DNA of 64,000 bases from Tubulanus polymorphus (lineage: Eukaryota > Animalia > Nemertea), in contig NC_134029.1 of the NCBI RefSeq assembly GCF_964204645.1, positions 2,170,001-2,234,000 of the forward strand. The letters run 5' to 3'. Below the pieces are notes generated by a model. It was not told the origin of the DNA. It saw nothing but the letters and a program-made list of their open reading frames with translations, and did no database searches. Each line of letters starts with the position of its first letter. Positions within the stretch are counted from its first letter, which is position 1. A program made the position numbers and the translations under genes. Below are positions 1 through 25,338 of this stretch, piece after piece.

Positions 1-280
1 AAGATCTTTAGATTTGTTAGTTCTGATTGAAATTTGATAAGTGACTTATGAGATTTCATTAACAGGAAAATTGTATCGCAAGATCTTTCCGCAATGGAAT
101 TCCGATAGAAGCGATCAGTTTGAAAAATTTGGTGTTGATTATTCTTAAGATGCCGTAGATTGCTTCATCGATATTCGACAACATTCGATATTCGAAGTCG
201 ATTAGATTTGAATAGATTGTAGATTATTATTCATCATTCTTTTATCACGGCAGTGCGACATCGGGTGGAGGCAGCTATTG

Positions 281-1705
281 CTACTGTAAATCTTGCCTTC
301 CCCAAGGACGAAGCTTAATACACCGAATCTCAGGAATCATTACCGCAAAACCTGTACACGTATATCGGAAAATTAGCGGAATATCACCGCGAGAAGGAAG
401 CAGCTTGCGGGCATTCGACCTGATAATACATTCGCATTTAACCTGAACTATGACGACAGTTTTTCTACTTATAAAATATCCGTTCGATTCCTAATATGAA
501 TATGAACTATACCCGCGATGAAATACCTAATCTATAGTTTCATAATTTACAGACATTTTGGACTAGATATATATTTACACATTTATTTCTTGATTTCGCC
601 GTCACTCGGAAACTTTGTTCCCACTCGTTGTACGTAGGTTCAGTTTTATGGACAAGGCCCCGGTCTCAAAGACCCAGTTCCACATGCTCTAGGCTCATCT
701 CCACATTTCCCGCGCCTCAAATTTCAAAATATTTTCTGCGGGAGGAGCCCCAAGCGCCCCGCTTTGAATGATGCAAACCTTGTCTGAAATTCTGATCCGC
801 CGCTCTGACTCTAAAACATTGAAAATTGTTCGGAACTTGATTAGAAAATTTAAAGAAAAGAAACTGGACACCGATTTCCGGAAGAAAATTACCTATCTAT
901 AAACGATCTGACGGCGGCTTAAGATCTGGACGTCTTTAAGGGATTTTTCGGTCGTAATTAAACTATCAGGTGCGTATCTAGTGACATGTCAATTTGAAAT
1001 CGAATAACTATACCCGATACAGCTAGTGTAGCATCGCGAACAATCAGTTTGCCGACATTTTTTTCTTTATACAAAAATTTGCAACTAACGCGCTATCGTA
1101 TCGATTTAAACCTTAGGAAATTCTACCAATTATATATATATATATATATATATAATGTACTTATATATATTGAGTGTAACTGATATTTTAAAAGGTATTT
1201 TGATTTTCAGCACCGGAAACAGGAAGCACAACGTATTCTGTAAGTCAGCGTGAAGCGTAGGTTGAGTTTCTTTATTGTTGATGATCAAGAAAACGAATGG
1301 TAAGAAATTATAGTTATATTCGTAGAATATATTATTCCCTTATTAGATTCGTTCGTTGGATTTTTAAAGGGTACTTTAAACACAAACAGAGACTACGTTA
1401 TGTATAAATTGGTTGTTTTAACGCATAATACAAAATACAAAAATGCATAAGTAAAGACATCTAGATCTAAAAGAGTAAATCTTCCATTACCTGTGAACAT
1501 CTTGCGGACGAATATTTGCATAAGGGAAATCTACAGTTTGTGAATCATGGCCATCATTGGATTCATTTTCGGCGTCTTTTGCGATGGAATCAATGCGAAC
1601 CATTCCTTTATAAGTTTTTTCAGCCGAGGCGGTTGCCGAAAGCTGGCCATACATCCAAAAAGTTACGATTAGAATCCAGAATTTTGCTAGCGTATTCGTA
1701 TCCAT
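281..1705 (-). CDS. Putative secreted peptide precursor (neuropeptide/peptide-hormone-like), 117 aa, 2 coding exons
   Basis: Exon 1705-1491 (MDTNTLAKFWILIVTFWMYGQLSATASA…, signal-peptide-like) ends AG|gtaatg in phase 2. Acceptor ttatcAG| at 420 continues in frame over 419-281: R-SNARKLLPSRGDIPLIFRYTCTGFAVMIPEIRCIKLRPWGRQDLQ*. An alternative in-frame ATG lies at 1729. Confidence 0.65.
1131..1153. repeat. (TA)n microsatellite
   Basis: About 11 TA units read directly. Confidence 0.9.
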
Positions 1706-4360
1706 GTTGGGATCGCGTAGACTATGCATATCAACTTCATGGCTCTAGCCCATCTTTTTTATTAAGTTCAAAACGGAGTTTGCTTATGAATCCCCAGCTT
1801 CGCGGCCAAAGTAGTTCGGTGCTCTTAAATGCGATGTCAAACGTTGTAACTGTAGTTTATGTTGTGGGATAACACGACGGAGCTCTCAACATGAATCGAT
1901 TGCCGCGACTGAACGTATGTGGCGAGTTTAAAATGCCGTTTCGCATTTCGTCCTGCGCTATCGATGAACGAATTGAAGCAAACTCGATTTAGCGCAAAAC
2001 TCAATTCTTGCCGCTCAGTGGGATTACATCCTGAGCCTTGATTAAGACTAAGGTGATGCTCGGTCAATTTTGACCATGGGATTATCATCACAATCCTTAG
2101 CTTCGACTTGCCGAGTTTCCGATCCAAACGTACGTATGCCCAGACAATATGAATTAACAAGTCGATTGAGAACTTGATTAAAATGCAACGTTTATCAAAC
2201 AAAGAATATAGTTTCTCGCTATGAATTACCAGTTACTCTCCAGAATAATCCCGCGTCCTGGGATTTCGTTAGATTTCAATCCGAAGTAATCATTGACTGG
2301 TAATCGAACAATGCGCTCATCTGGAAGGCTAGCAGGTTCGGAAAGTAAACCAATATATCTGTGTTTACTAAGTTAAAAGTTTGGATAGCCAAGCATTGTA
2401 TGATACGCTGATCATAAGTCCCTTGCTAATGTTCAGTCGGTTTGCTGAAGGCAGATTGAATTCCCTTCTTCGCAGTCGAAGATGCGACTCGCAATTCAAT
2501 TGATTAAACGCAGTCTTGTTGGCCGCGTACTTAGAGGGCTGGAATGTAAAAACTAATTAGGGTTGACCGATACCCCGGTTACAGCAGTTGAACTAGAATC
2601 TCGATATTGCCACTGATATTTCTGAGTAGTCAATTAATTAAGAATAAACGCTTCGAAATTCGTTGATTATTGATAAATCGTTATTTGTCAGTTATTGTCC
2701 GATTAGCGCTGATTGTAGCATCGAAAATCGAAATCATCGAGAACAAAATTCTGAATGCATACAGGCGTAGGAATACTCGAACGAATTACTTTCAGTCCCC
2801 CGCAAAATTAATTACACAACTTCTTCTGAATTGAAGGCCAGTTCTTTCTGCCAATACGAGAACAAACACTCAACATAATCTGCAAACTTCGTTTATTAAT
2901 AAACGTGACTGTTCTTAATATAAAAAGAGTCATTAATATTTTGTACATGAACCCCGCAATCCTTGATTAGCGCCGTGAACGTGAAGTTCACTCGACCTTT
3001 CTGTTCATTTGCTCCACTGTGCGTGCCTCGTAGAAAACACCAATAATGCAAAAAAGTCGAACCCGAAGAACGAACTTCATCACATGTTTTGTTATTACTT
3101 CAATCAATGTTGACAAATAAATGAATTCGAATTTCTAGAATTCGTTACGCGACAATTCTGCGAATAGGCCCTACGTACAGTTCATATCATTATAGGTTTT
3201 TAGATAATAAAATAACAAGTCAAAGTGGAAAAAGTGTGTTAATTGAAGTTTTCCGATGGTACCAACGTTTCGTTCTATTATCGAGATGTGTTATATTTGC
3301 TTAGAAATATTGGTGATATATACAGGCACTTGTCGCATATTTACCGATGCTGCTAAAGTTTTCCAATTTTCCGATTCTTCGAAATTTAAACGTTTTAAAA
3401 CTAGGTCGTATATTGTACTGAACTCTTTCGAGCAAGAGAGGTACTTCTTACGTATAAAGCTACGTAAGTTTCCCGCAAGACGAATATTTCAACGCATACA
3501 GATAGAAGCGCCATCTATATGAATATCCAATTATGTACTACAATGATTGATGTTAAAATAGAGAATGACGCTGGTGTTTATGCAATTTCGTTTAAATCGA
3601 AGCACATGATTGGAAATTTCGGATCCGCATTGTCAGTGCATAGAGAATTTGACAAGTAATCCACACCTGACTTTTCACCATAACCGATTGGTCTCAACAC
3701 TTGACTACTGGTTCAACAAAGTAAGCAATTTTCAGCACTTGTAGCGCAGAAAAAATAGCAATTTTGTCGGAATTGCCATTGACAACCTCCTGGCTGGGCC
3801 AACAAGTGTGAAATTCCGTGCAACTGCCAATTGTGAAACTGCGTCTGGAGAGTGCTCCTCTAAATCCAAAAGAAAAACAATAACATCTCAACCGAAAATT
3901 CTTATTACTATAAATTCATTCTTTTCAATAACATTAACAATTAAAATCATCACAGACATAAATTGATAGAAGCTTCAAATACTCAACACAGCATCAGATA
4001 TACAGGCATTGTAAGAAAATGTTAGCTTTTTAAACATAGTTTTGAAGGATTATTATTTAAATTGTGCAAAACCACTACAATTTCCTTATTAAGTTGACTT
4101 ATTCAAGATTTATAAATACATAAAAAGCTTTAAGAATTGGAGATTTTCAAAATCAGTATGATCGTTTTTCAAAATATTATATTGCAATTAATTCCAAACA
4201 AACAAAATCAATACAGCAAACATTGTAAGATTTTGATTCGTTTTGAATTATGTCCTTTGTGAGTTAGATTTTTCTAAATCTTAGAACTCCGAGAGATCTT
4301 TAAGAAATATTACATTCTCTTTCCTCAAACCTCAGTAAATTCTACTGTTGTGTAACAATG

Positions 4361-5907
4361 TTAGTGATCATTGTCACGTAATTGAGACAACATGGCTAAG
4401 ATCGCTTTCTGTAAACCTAGCGCTAGTTCATGAGCTGAATATGGGTCGTTCAATGGTGGCACGTGTATGAATGCTGTCCTCGATCTATCAATGTTCAACG
4501 ACGTAAAATATATAAAATCACAAAGATACCTAGAAAAATATAGAAAATATTGATAGTTAAACATCCATATACAATGTTCATAGTGAAGTTTACATGTGTA
4601 TGAAAAATTGCACTGATTTTCATCCTCATGCCAGCAATTCTCACTCGTATAGACATTAAAACCAAAAACCATGGATAGTTTATACAAATGGAAGTAATTT
4701 CTGATTCTAACAGTTATATAACAGATTGAAGTAGCGGTATTTACCGTCCAGGGTCTAGTGACGTGACTGCGTTCACCGGTGTATTTGTATCATTGTTAAT
4801 CTCAATGCACACTAAATCCATATCAATTCCTGACATCAGACAGTCGGTGGGTACAGTTGATACACATTTATAATCAGCTGGACACTGTCCAATAAAATCT
4901 TTTTTACAATAATTGTCATTATGGGCCTGTTGTTCTAAAGTGATCGCATTAGCTATTCCTGATACTCCCACATGCACCATCAACTAGAAAATGCAACAAA
5001 ATCTATAAAAGTCAGAGAATTAGATTTATGAACAGTCTTTATCTCGCTTCTGTTACCAATCTAACAACTTGCATTTGGATATGAGAAGAGTTTTAAGTAG
5101 TCTTATTATTCAAAGACTGCTTTAAGCCATTATTAGCAGGTTTAAGGTTTCCTGATTTTGGAGACTTTTTACCAAGGAACCCTGCTGCCTCTGAGGAGTC
5201 AACTCTTCAACCCTAGAATGATGAAACTAGTGTGGTTAAGACCAATGGTTTTATGAACAAAAATAATAATGTGTGGAAGATACATACATCTGGTTTATGT
5301 TCATTCCACAATGTTGGAACTGTTTCTTTTACAGTCGTATATTCAACTGGAATTTCACACGTCACTAAATCAATATCATCTCTTGATGGAAAACCTATCG
5401 TCGCTAAAGTGCTTGCTGCTACCCAACTTGCGTTTACTGGATGATCTTTAAACGGACCAAACCCTGTAAATATGTTATTTACAACATTCATATACACAAT
5501 TAAGCTTATACTTTCTGGCAGGAGATAATATTTATATAATAAGCAGAATAATAAAATTCAGTAATTCAAAAAGGCGATATTTGGCCGACACAGCATTATT
5601 CCTGGTAACGCTATTTAGCCGATAACTCGCTCTGATTGGCTAATTTACACAGTGTGCGCACCGCACTGATGTGTGCTACTTTTCAAAAATTCAAGAAAAA
5701 TGTGAGAACAGAATTATTATAAATAGAGCAGTATTCGAACCTGGGCCAGCAGGGGGTATTGCTAAGCTAGTTCAGCATCATAGCCCACTGAGGCTCATTG
5801 AATCAAACTGAACTTTTTAGTAAAATAATGCCGCGTTTGGCAAAATGTTCACTTCATTGACATTAATAAATACCTGTCAAAACGACTTTGTTTTTATTAT
5901 TAGGCAT
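4361..5907 (-). CDS. PGPEP1: Pyroglutamyl-peptidase I (peptidase C15)
   Basis: GT-AG exons 5907-5874, 5463-5288, 4983-4745, 4529-4361. Motifs VVLTGFGPF, NASW, VHVGVS, LEQQAHN (catalytic Glu), DPGRYLCDFIY (Cys), FIHVP (His). Confidence 0.95.
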
Positions 5908-6083
5908 ACCGCTGATAATACTGGAATCGACAGATAATTAAATGTTGACTCGTGAGTTGAGAACTGCGAAGTTGAAAGAAAGAGTCAAACTCACTCAACA
6001 AAAAATCGACAAGAAAAAGAAGAAATTTTAGAGAAATAAATAAGGACCAATAAATAAATAAGAATCAAGGCCAAGAATCAACA

Positions 6084-6095
6084 AACCCGGAAGTA
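6084..6095 (+). promoter_or_regulatory. ETS/GABP-type site in the divergent PGPEP1/PDE8 promoter
   Basis: AACCCGGAAGTA; the identical 12-mer occurs at 37405 and 39881. Confidence 0.6.
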
Positions 6096-7059
6096 AATTC
6101 TCGAGTCGACGGCGTATATCGCGTTACAGGTTCCAGCGGTTCCAGTGCCTTATACACAAATAATCAGCACGAATTTGATAATTTGCGCGCAAATCATTCT
6201 AAGTAAAAACCGTATCAACATTTCATATTTTTTCCGAATCAGCTAAAATGACTAAATCTGAAGCTTTTTATATATGAAAAATATGAATTTGTATATCGCG
6301 AGTCGATGTGGAGAGGTGTGTCTGGCAGGTTATCCTAGTCCCTTGCGGCCTTGTTTCGTGGTGCACTGTCTTCGGAAGCATTAACACGACCAGGAAGAAC
6401 ATTTTTTTTCATATTTCTGGTCGATATTATCTCTGTTTCTGCGCTTATGGTGCTAGTGTTCGTCGATTGAAATTTATAGATTGGTTAATGGTGATATGTG
6501 TAAGTGTAAGCTACTGATACTGGTTTACTGTGAGGTCTGAACGGTTCGAACTGAGGAGCATATCTTGTCATCATCGTCTACTTAAAAACTAAATTTAACT
6601 CATTATTCGGCCTAGCACTAGCAGGCCTAGGCCTACTGTCAAAACAAACGTCAACTCTTCGCATACACTGCTGGGCTGACCTGAATATTAGTAGATGTGA
6701 CTCATTCGTTTCTATCACAGTCTAACGTGATGGATGGATTGATGGAATTCATATTATCTTGTTGATTTCAGGTAGGCCTAATCAATCAGATAGAGGCATC
6801 AGGGGTATGTGAAAGCCTGCTGCAGTACCGGCGGTCAGGGACTGTGAATGCCAATTTTCAAAATTGAAGACGCATTCATGTTTTCACACATTTTGAAAGC
6901 TTTTCGTGGGGCAGTGTTTTTAGAAGGCTATTTGTAACTGCCCCCACAACTTGCGCGATTAAATTTACAATAATTTTGAAAATTTGATTTATGTCGTCTT
7001 TTCAAAATAGTTATTGATTAACCCCCTGTCCGATTTCTAAACGCTGGATGGCCAACTTG

Positions 7060-7141
7060 ACTTGCGAGTGCAATAGGCTGGTTCACTGGGGATTGAACTT
7101 ACCACGTCTCGATTGCCAGTCAAACACGCCACTGAGCCATG
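7060..7141 (-). mobile_element. Degenerate tRNA-derived SINE head or tRNA pseudogene
   Basis: Minus strand reads TGGCTCAGTGG (A-box)…TTGACTGGCAATCGA (anticodon-arm-like)…AGTTCAATCCC (B-box-like) at tRNA-like spacing; no intact acceptor stem. Confidence 0.5.
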
Positions 7142-7524
7142 GAACAGTCACAATATGATAACCTAGAAGAGAAATTGAAATAGGCCCCTAATTGAATTTT
7201 TATATCTGAATTAAAATGATTTAATAGGCCTTCTATCTAAGGTAAAATCTATCCGAGGCTGATGTGAATTCATTCCCAGTTTATTTAATTCTGCGTTAAT
7301 TTGTTTTCAGGATGATGAAACGCTGATAAATAGTAGTTAGAGGAAGAATTAACAGTTGGATACTTAAAGTTCACTCGGGTCGTCACGGGATCATAAAATA
7401 AAACATAACACGCACAACACGGTACGTGGCAAAACTCATACAGAGAGACAGGATTAAGACAAATGTTGTCGTTAGTTTCGCGTCACTGTCAACGTGTTGT
7501 TGTTAGCTTCTCGTAACTGGAATA

Positions 7525-19621
<12,097 letters not shown>

Positions 19622-20053
19622 ACCGCAGAATAGTGTTAACCGATTGATGAGCCGTCTTGTAATTATATCTATATACCGTACATACATATAAATACACTGT
19701 GTTAAAAAAAGGCTTAAACAAATCTAAACGAGTTTTAACAATTAGAATCGTTTGTGTAAATCAAATGTCGAAATCCATTTTGTAAATAAGCTTATTTTAA
19801 AAAAGACGAATGCGAACATTATTATCAATAATATTGATAGTACTAACAAATGAATATTGTATATATTATGTAAATTATATGTTTACACGTTATTCTCCTA
19901 ATCATCTCTGGTAAACATGCAAACCGTAGTCTCTATTAGAACGATGACCACACTCAAACGTGGTGAACGGATAATAAGATAAAATCCCACTATCTACAGA
20001 TTAAAAGAATTTAAAAACAAGAATTTATTTATTAAATCTAAAATATTTAAAAG

Positions 20054-20095
20054 ACACGACGTTTCGATCTCACCCTAGAGATCATCGTCAGGTGT
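20054..20095 (-). ncRNA. Minimal type I hammerhead ribozyme motif (mirror copy)
   Basis: Reverse complement reads ACAC-CTGACGA-T-GATCTC(tagggt)GAGATC-GAAAC-GTC^-GTGT; stem I is 4 bp. Confidence 0.75.
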
Positions 20096-20109
20096 TTACA
20101 CAAACGATT

Positions 20110-20149
20110 CACCTGACGATGATCTCTAGGGTGAGATCGAAACGTCGTG
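20110..20149 (+). ncRNA. Minimal type I hammerhead ribozyme motif
   Basis: CAC-CTGACGA-T-GATCTC(tagggt)GAGATC-GAAAC-GTC^-GTG: conserved core, 6-bp stem II, stem I CAC/GUG, palindromic ACGU in place of stem III. Confidence 0.75.
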
Positions 20150-23100
20150 TCTTTTAAATATTTTAGATTTAATAAATAAATTCTTGTTTTTAAATTCTTT
20201 TAATCTGTAAATAGTGGGATTTTATCTTATTACGTAGTCTCTATATATTTGTTATGATATAACGAATACTTCCTAGAGAAGGAGGTATATACGTTGACTT
20301 GATAGATAGAGCTGCACATAATTGAAGGGATTGATGCAACACTAGGTTCAGTCATTTTTTGAAGAATTTTCAAAAGTTATTTTGATAGTTTTATAGCAGT
20401 TCATGGAATTACCCTGTGTTAACTCGCCTTAATATAGGAATATTAGGTGATAACGATGCTACCAGCCTGTTCTAGATCCGCCGGAAAATAGATGTCAACT
20501 GGACATACCCCTGCATGAAATGATCTAACATAGTGTTCCACAGATCCCTTCAATTGATTTTGTGCTACTATTCGAATCATAAGATACATTTCATAAATGT
20601 GGTGTATTTTATAATGGTTTTACAGATTTTACAAATCTCTGACACCGGTTTCATAGATTATTTGAAAAACATTTCTAAAAAACTATAGTATTTAATTTTT
20701 ACGGTAGAAATTGATATTATCTAAGGGCAATGATCTATGAAACAGATCCGTTCAATTGAAAGCGGGGATAGGCCCTATACTTGTACTACTGAAAGGCCTT
20801 TTAAAGCAAACTTTTTTTGAAAACATCTGTTGCTAAATTATAGACAAATTTGTAGGTAATATGTAGTTTGGGATTTTCGTGGTTTCGAAAACGTTTTGTC
20901 TACGGTACTTAGAAGAATAATTGACGCGGTTGTGATTAAGAATAGAATTCAAAGGGAGCTATATTAAGTTCTTGTGTTGTGATCATCCAAAATGAATCAG
21001 ATGCATTATGTTCCAATAATATTATGCATTATGTATTATATACTAGTTCATTCATTCATTCACCGTATATTGTGTACATTATTCATATTTAATAACTATT
21101 ATCCACACTTTTGGATACTTGATATTTTATGAAATATTTTGGTGCTAGGATAACTCTCAACATCGTTGATATAGTATTCCTTTTCCAAAGATGCCCTCAG
21201 GTCCTGTCTACTACTAACTAGGCATCATTGTGTATGCCATACCTCTTAAATTGGTTGGGTTGTTAATCCCCATTTCCTATATGTTTCTCCTTGTTGTTTT
21301 TTTTTTTTCACTCCTCTAAAACGGCAAAGTTTTAGAAAAAGAAAACAGGATTAGCTGTGGACCATTAATCTCTGTCTCTCCTGAAGAAAACTCTAGGGTA
21401 ATATATATGGTACGAATGAAGGCAGGCAGTTTATTACTGAGGAAACAAATTCCAATAAGCCATGATATCAATAACTGAAAGTAAATTATTATTTACACTG
21501 GAAAAATTGTTAGATGAAAGATGGCCAGTTGGAGGGAAACAAGGTTTTATTCATTTTGATGTATTGTTAATGTTGTTTTATTGTATATGAATGTTAAAGT
21601 ATACCAATCACACTAAATTGTGCAAAATTTTGGGCATTCTGAGTATATTTCGGTCAGTAATCTATTGATTCTCCAGTCATTGGTAGCAAAATATTTGGCA
21701 CCTTTTTATGGTCCTTCAAAATTATCAGTGCAATACTTTTGACTTATTTATTTTTGACTTATTTAAGAAAGCACTGTTAAAATCTTGGGAGAATGAGTTA
21801 TTTCATCCACGGCCTTATTAGGGTCGGTCAGCAATGCTCTACCATTTAGTGCCAAATGTAAGGACAATACTCTCTAAGTGTTTGAATATGCCATCAAATT
21901 GCGAAATATCTACGAAATTGAAATTGTAGAATATGGATGTGATTTTTACATCGTATGGCAAGTACGAGTTTTATGTATAAAGTAATTGTAGATAATATTG
22001 ATAATAAGTAGAGATATGATAGAAAGTTCTTCCCCGGGTTCCATGATAAAATATATGTGATTTGTATGAATTCCTGCTGTTAGCTTTTTGTGATGCAGTT
22101 TGTGGCGAACCCCTTCCCTTGTGCCAGATAGATATTGTTCAAACAGTCAAGATATATGGTACATCGTTAGAGCTGGCGAGTGAATTCTTTGAGGTCTAGA
22201 TGTTGAATTCTAAATATCATTATTAGGTTTCTTAGGAATTTTGTTGTTGTCATTGTAGCATATGAAAAAATATACTGTTGTAGACTCATTGTATTAAACA
22301 ATGTTTCTGGTATTTGATTGTGGAACTGACACAGTTCGTTGTGAACTATCATTTGTTGAATAGGTTAGAACATGGACAATCGAAAAGATAATCTATGGTT
22401 AGAAGTAGAAAGTGTGCATATACAACAATTTCCTTTTGTTTCATATCAGGGGTAAGGTGCCAATTGAACAAACAGTTTGTTTCGAATATTGATCTTCCAA
22501 CTGCAAAACTTTAAAATTGATACAATTATTTGTTCAGTCATGAAAATGTCACTCACATATGTTTATAATATCTAAGTTCATCAGTTGGCTTCCGTTAGCG
22601 AATGTAAATTGTTTGTATGTGAATTCAGCTGATTTGATAAACAGTACACAGTTGTTTTAGGGATCTAATAAACTAGGAATGAATGAGGAATGTCATTCTC
22701 TGCCAATCGTACAAATAATCAATTCTGTCTCATTACGTGCTGTATTATCGATATATTTTCACATTCTAAGTTATTTGTTAACCCTTTTACTTAACAATAA
22801 ATTTGTTTGACCAACAAAAATTTTAAAGTAGATAATAAATGATAACAATCACGAAAACCTATTGTTGAGTTGGCTTTATGATTGACCGCGACAAAAGATC
22901 ACCGGTCTCTTGTTTTCTTGTGGCAATGGAACTTGCTCATAAATGGATGAGTTTTTGCTGAAATAGAATTAAAAATATGGAAATATCATTTGAATAGATC
23001 CGATTGATAGTATCTCGGTGCGAAACAGGAAATTACGGCGGTAAATATGTATGTCTACTATTTAGTTCACTGATATATTCTGCAATCATTATTCATAGGG

Positions 23101-24749
23101 GCAGAACGGTATAGAGAACTAACTGTGGCATGTGAGGAATACAGCTATCTTATTAGTCAGATTTCATACACCATTCAACACTATTTGTTTTGATTTAATA
23201 ATTGTATCAACAAGAACGCTTTATTTCAGGATCATCTGCTTTTGAAATCAATTTTCATGCGACTTATCACGACTTTCTCAGTTAATCTTTAAACATCCGT
23301 TTTATTTCCCATGATTTTCAGACCATAAATTATGAATAACACCGTAGACTGAGTTATCACTTTCTTAGGATCTCACCGGACAAATTGATTTCACTAATGT
23401 CACTGATGGCATAGTAATAAGTTGTTTCCAAAAAGTAGCACTTGGTAGACTTGCTACAAACCATGAGTGAAGTGACTTCCAGAGACCAGCAAACACAAAT
23501 TAAGAGACAGAACAGGTATTTATCATGATTGAAGTTAGTTGGCTATATTCATATCTCAAATATGACATGTTTTTATTATTTCATGTGGTGAAATACAGTT
23601 TTATCAAATCAGTGAAAGATGAAGAAGAGAATTAAATTCAGACACAAATCGTCATTAGTTTAGTTTTTAACATCGTGTTTTACATTGGAGATAAACAGGA
23701 AAAAATAAACAGTTTTTTGTAAGCTCTTTGAAGGCCATATGATCATACAGTGTTATTGAAATGCCGAGAATGCTTTTTTGTATATAACATATTTTCAAGG
23801 CTGTACTCATCATTGATTCTAAAAACATACACGTACCATATATTATTATAGTTATTATTTACATTTTCAACTATTTTTTTGAATTTTTTTTCAGAAACGA
23901 CAATTACCTACATGCATGAGTACCCATATGAACCCTGCAACCACCATGTGTCTGACTGTTTATGGTCCAACAAATCACCCCATAGTCCGACAAGTAATAC
24001 CTAGTAGTCTCATTAGAACACAGGTTTGTCATAATCTTTTCAATTATTCTGAATGAATGGAATGCAGAGTTAAAATATGACACTTAACATTACTAATACC
24101 GGTAAATGATTCGTACTATCCTTCACAAACCAGATCGTATGGACATTCGAAATTACATGTTCATAACAATAGATCATTTTAAGATTTGGCTAATGATTTG
24201 TAGTGGACCTCCCTGGTTGAAACAATTCATCCGCTCTGTAAGCTTATATCCGGTTACAATCGGGTTACAAGTGTGAACAAATTAGAATCCATAGGTCAGC
24301 GACCTATCATAACTAAAACTCAATTATTGACAATAGATTAACCATAAATTATATATAGCAAATATAAATTCTTACTAATGTAGAACTAATAAATTGCAAC
24401 TGAATTTTGAATGAAATGTCGACTCTAGTCATTGATGTCGTGTACAGTGTATTCATAGTGATAAATAAAGCTTATTTACATGAAATAAACAATTGGCTCT
24501 GCTAGTGATTGAAGTATGAACTTAATTTCAAGGTAGAATGCAATCTTTCAATTACAGAAACAAACAGGATCAAGTTTGAAAATACCCTTTTATCGAGAAA
24601 TTTCACTACTGTACATTTGGCCTACTACACATATTATATTCACAGCTAACATTACAAAAATGTGGCACCATTCGTTTTGAAAATCCCGACACAACTCGTT
24701 ACATCCGCACCGAGTAAGCATGCATACAGTACTCAATCATCACGACCTG

Positions 24750-24835
24750 GTTCCGCAGATGTTGATTTGGCTCTAGGATTTAAACGTTAGAAATGCTCTA
24801 GTTTTGAATCTAGAGTCAAACTCATCTGCGGAACT
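24750..24835. repeat. Short imperfect inverted repeat (hairpin or MITE remnant)
   Basis: GTTCCGCAGATG…TTTGGCTCTAG pairs with CTAGAGTCAAA…CATCTGCGGAAC. Confidence 0.65.
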
Positions 24836-25338
24836 AGATCCATAAATACATGCAATTCTATATCAAGCACTGCACAGCAATTGAGAAAGCAAGATCTCTT
24901 AACATTCATTTACTAGAGTAATTGATAGCGTAGAAGCCGATATTCTTTGAAGGAACTGATTTGAGAGATATGAACAACGCGGGTTCATACAAACAGTCAT
25001 AGAATTCCTGTCATTCCTTCCTCGTGTGCTACTGCTGCCATTAACCGACAATACTTCAGTTTGATTTTCAACTGTTTCAAACGTACACAAGAATCTTCCA
25101 TTTAATACCCGAAATGTTTGTATGAATCCATTCTTGAGCGAAAAATGAACGTTCTGTTCTGCACAATGATGAGAATATAATAGTCGTACGTTAATATCTA
25201 TAGTAGAACTAGCTCGATAGATGACGCACGGTAAATTCTTTTAAAAACACATATTATAACCAACAAAATCACTTTTTATATCATTGGCGCATGATAAGAA
25301 AATAGAGTCCTGTTACTATTCTTATAGAATCACATTCG

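Larger units (their letters stand above)
19925..20244. mobile_element. Palindromic Penelope-like (pLTR-type) insertion with a TSD-like direct repeat
   Basis: Inverted arms 19972-20094 and 20110-20232 (123 bp, 1 mismatch, 15-nt spacer). Direct repeat CGTAGTCTCTAT at 19925-19936 and 20233-20244. Confidence 0.8.

Noticed and set aside
1516-3891. Short ORFs at 1516, 1837, 3256 and 3694
   Set aside because: No domains or splice support; the 1516 ORF is merely antisense to the signal-peptide exon.
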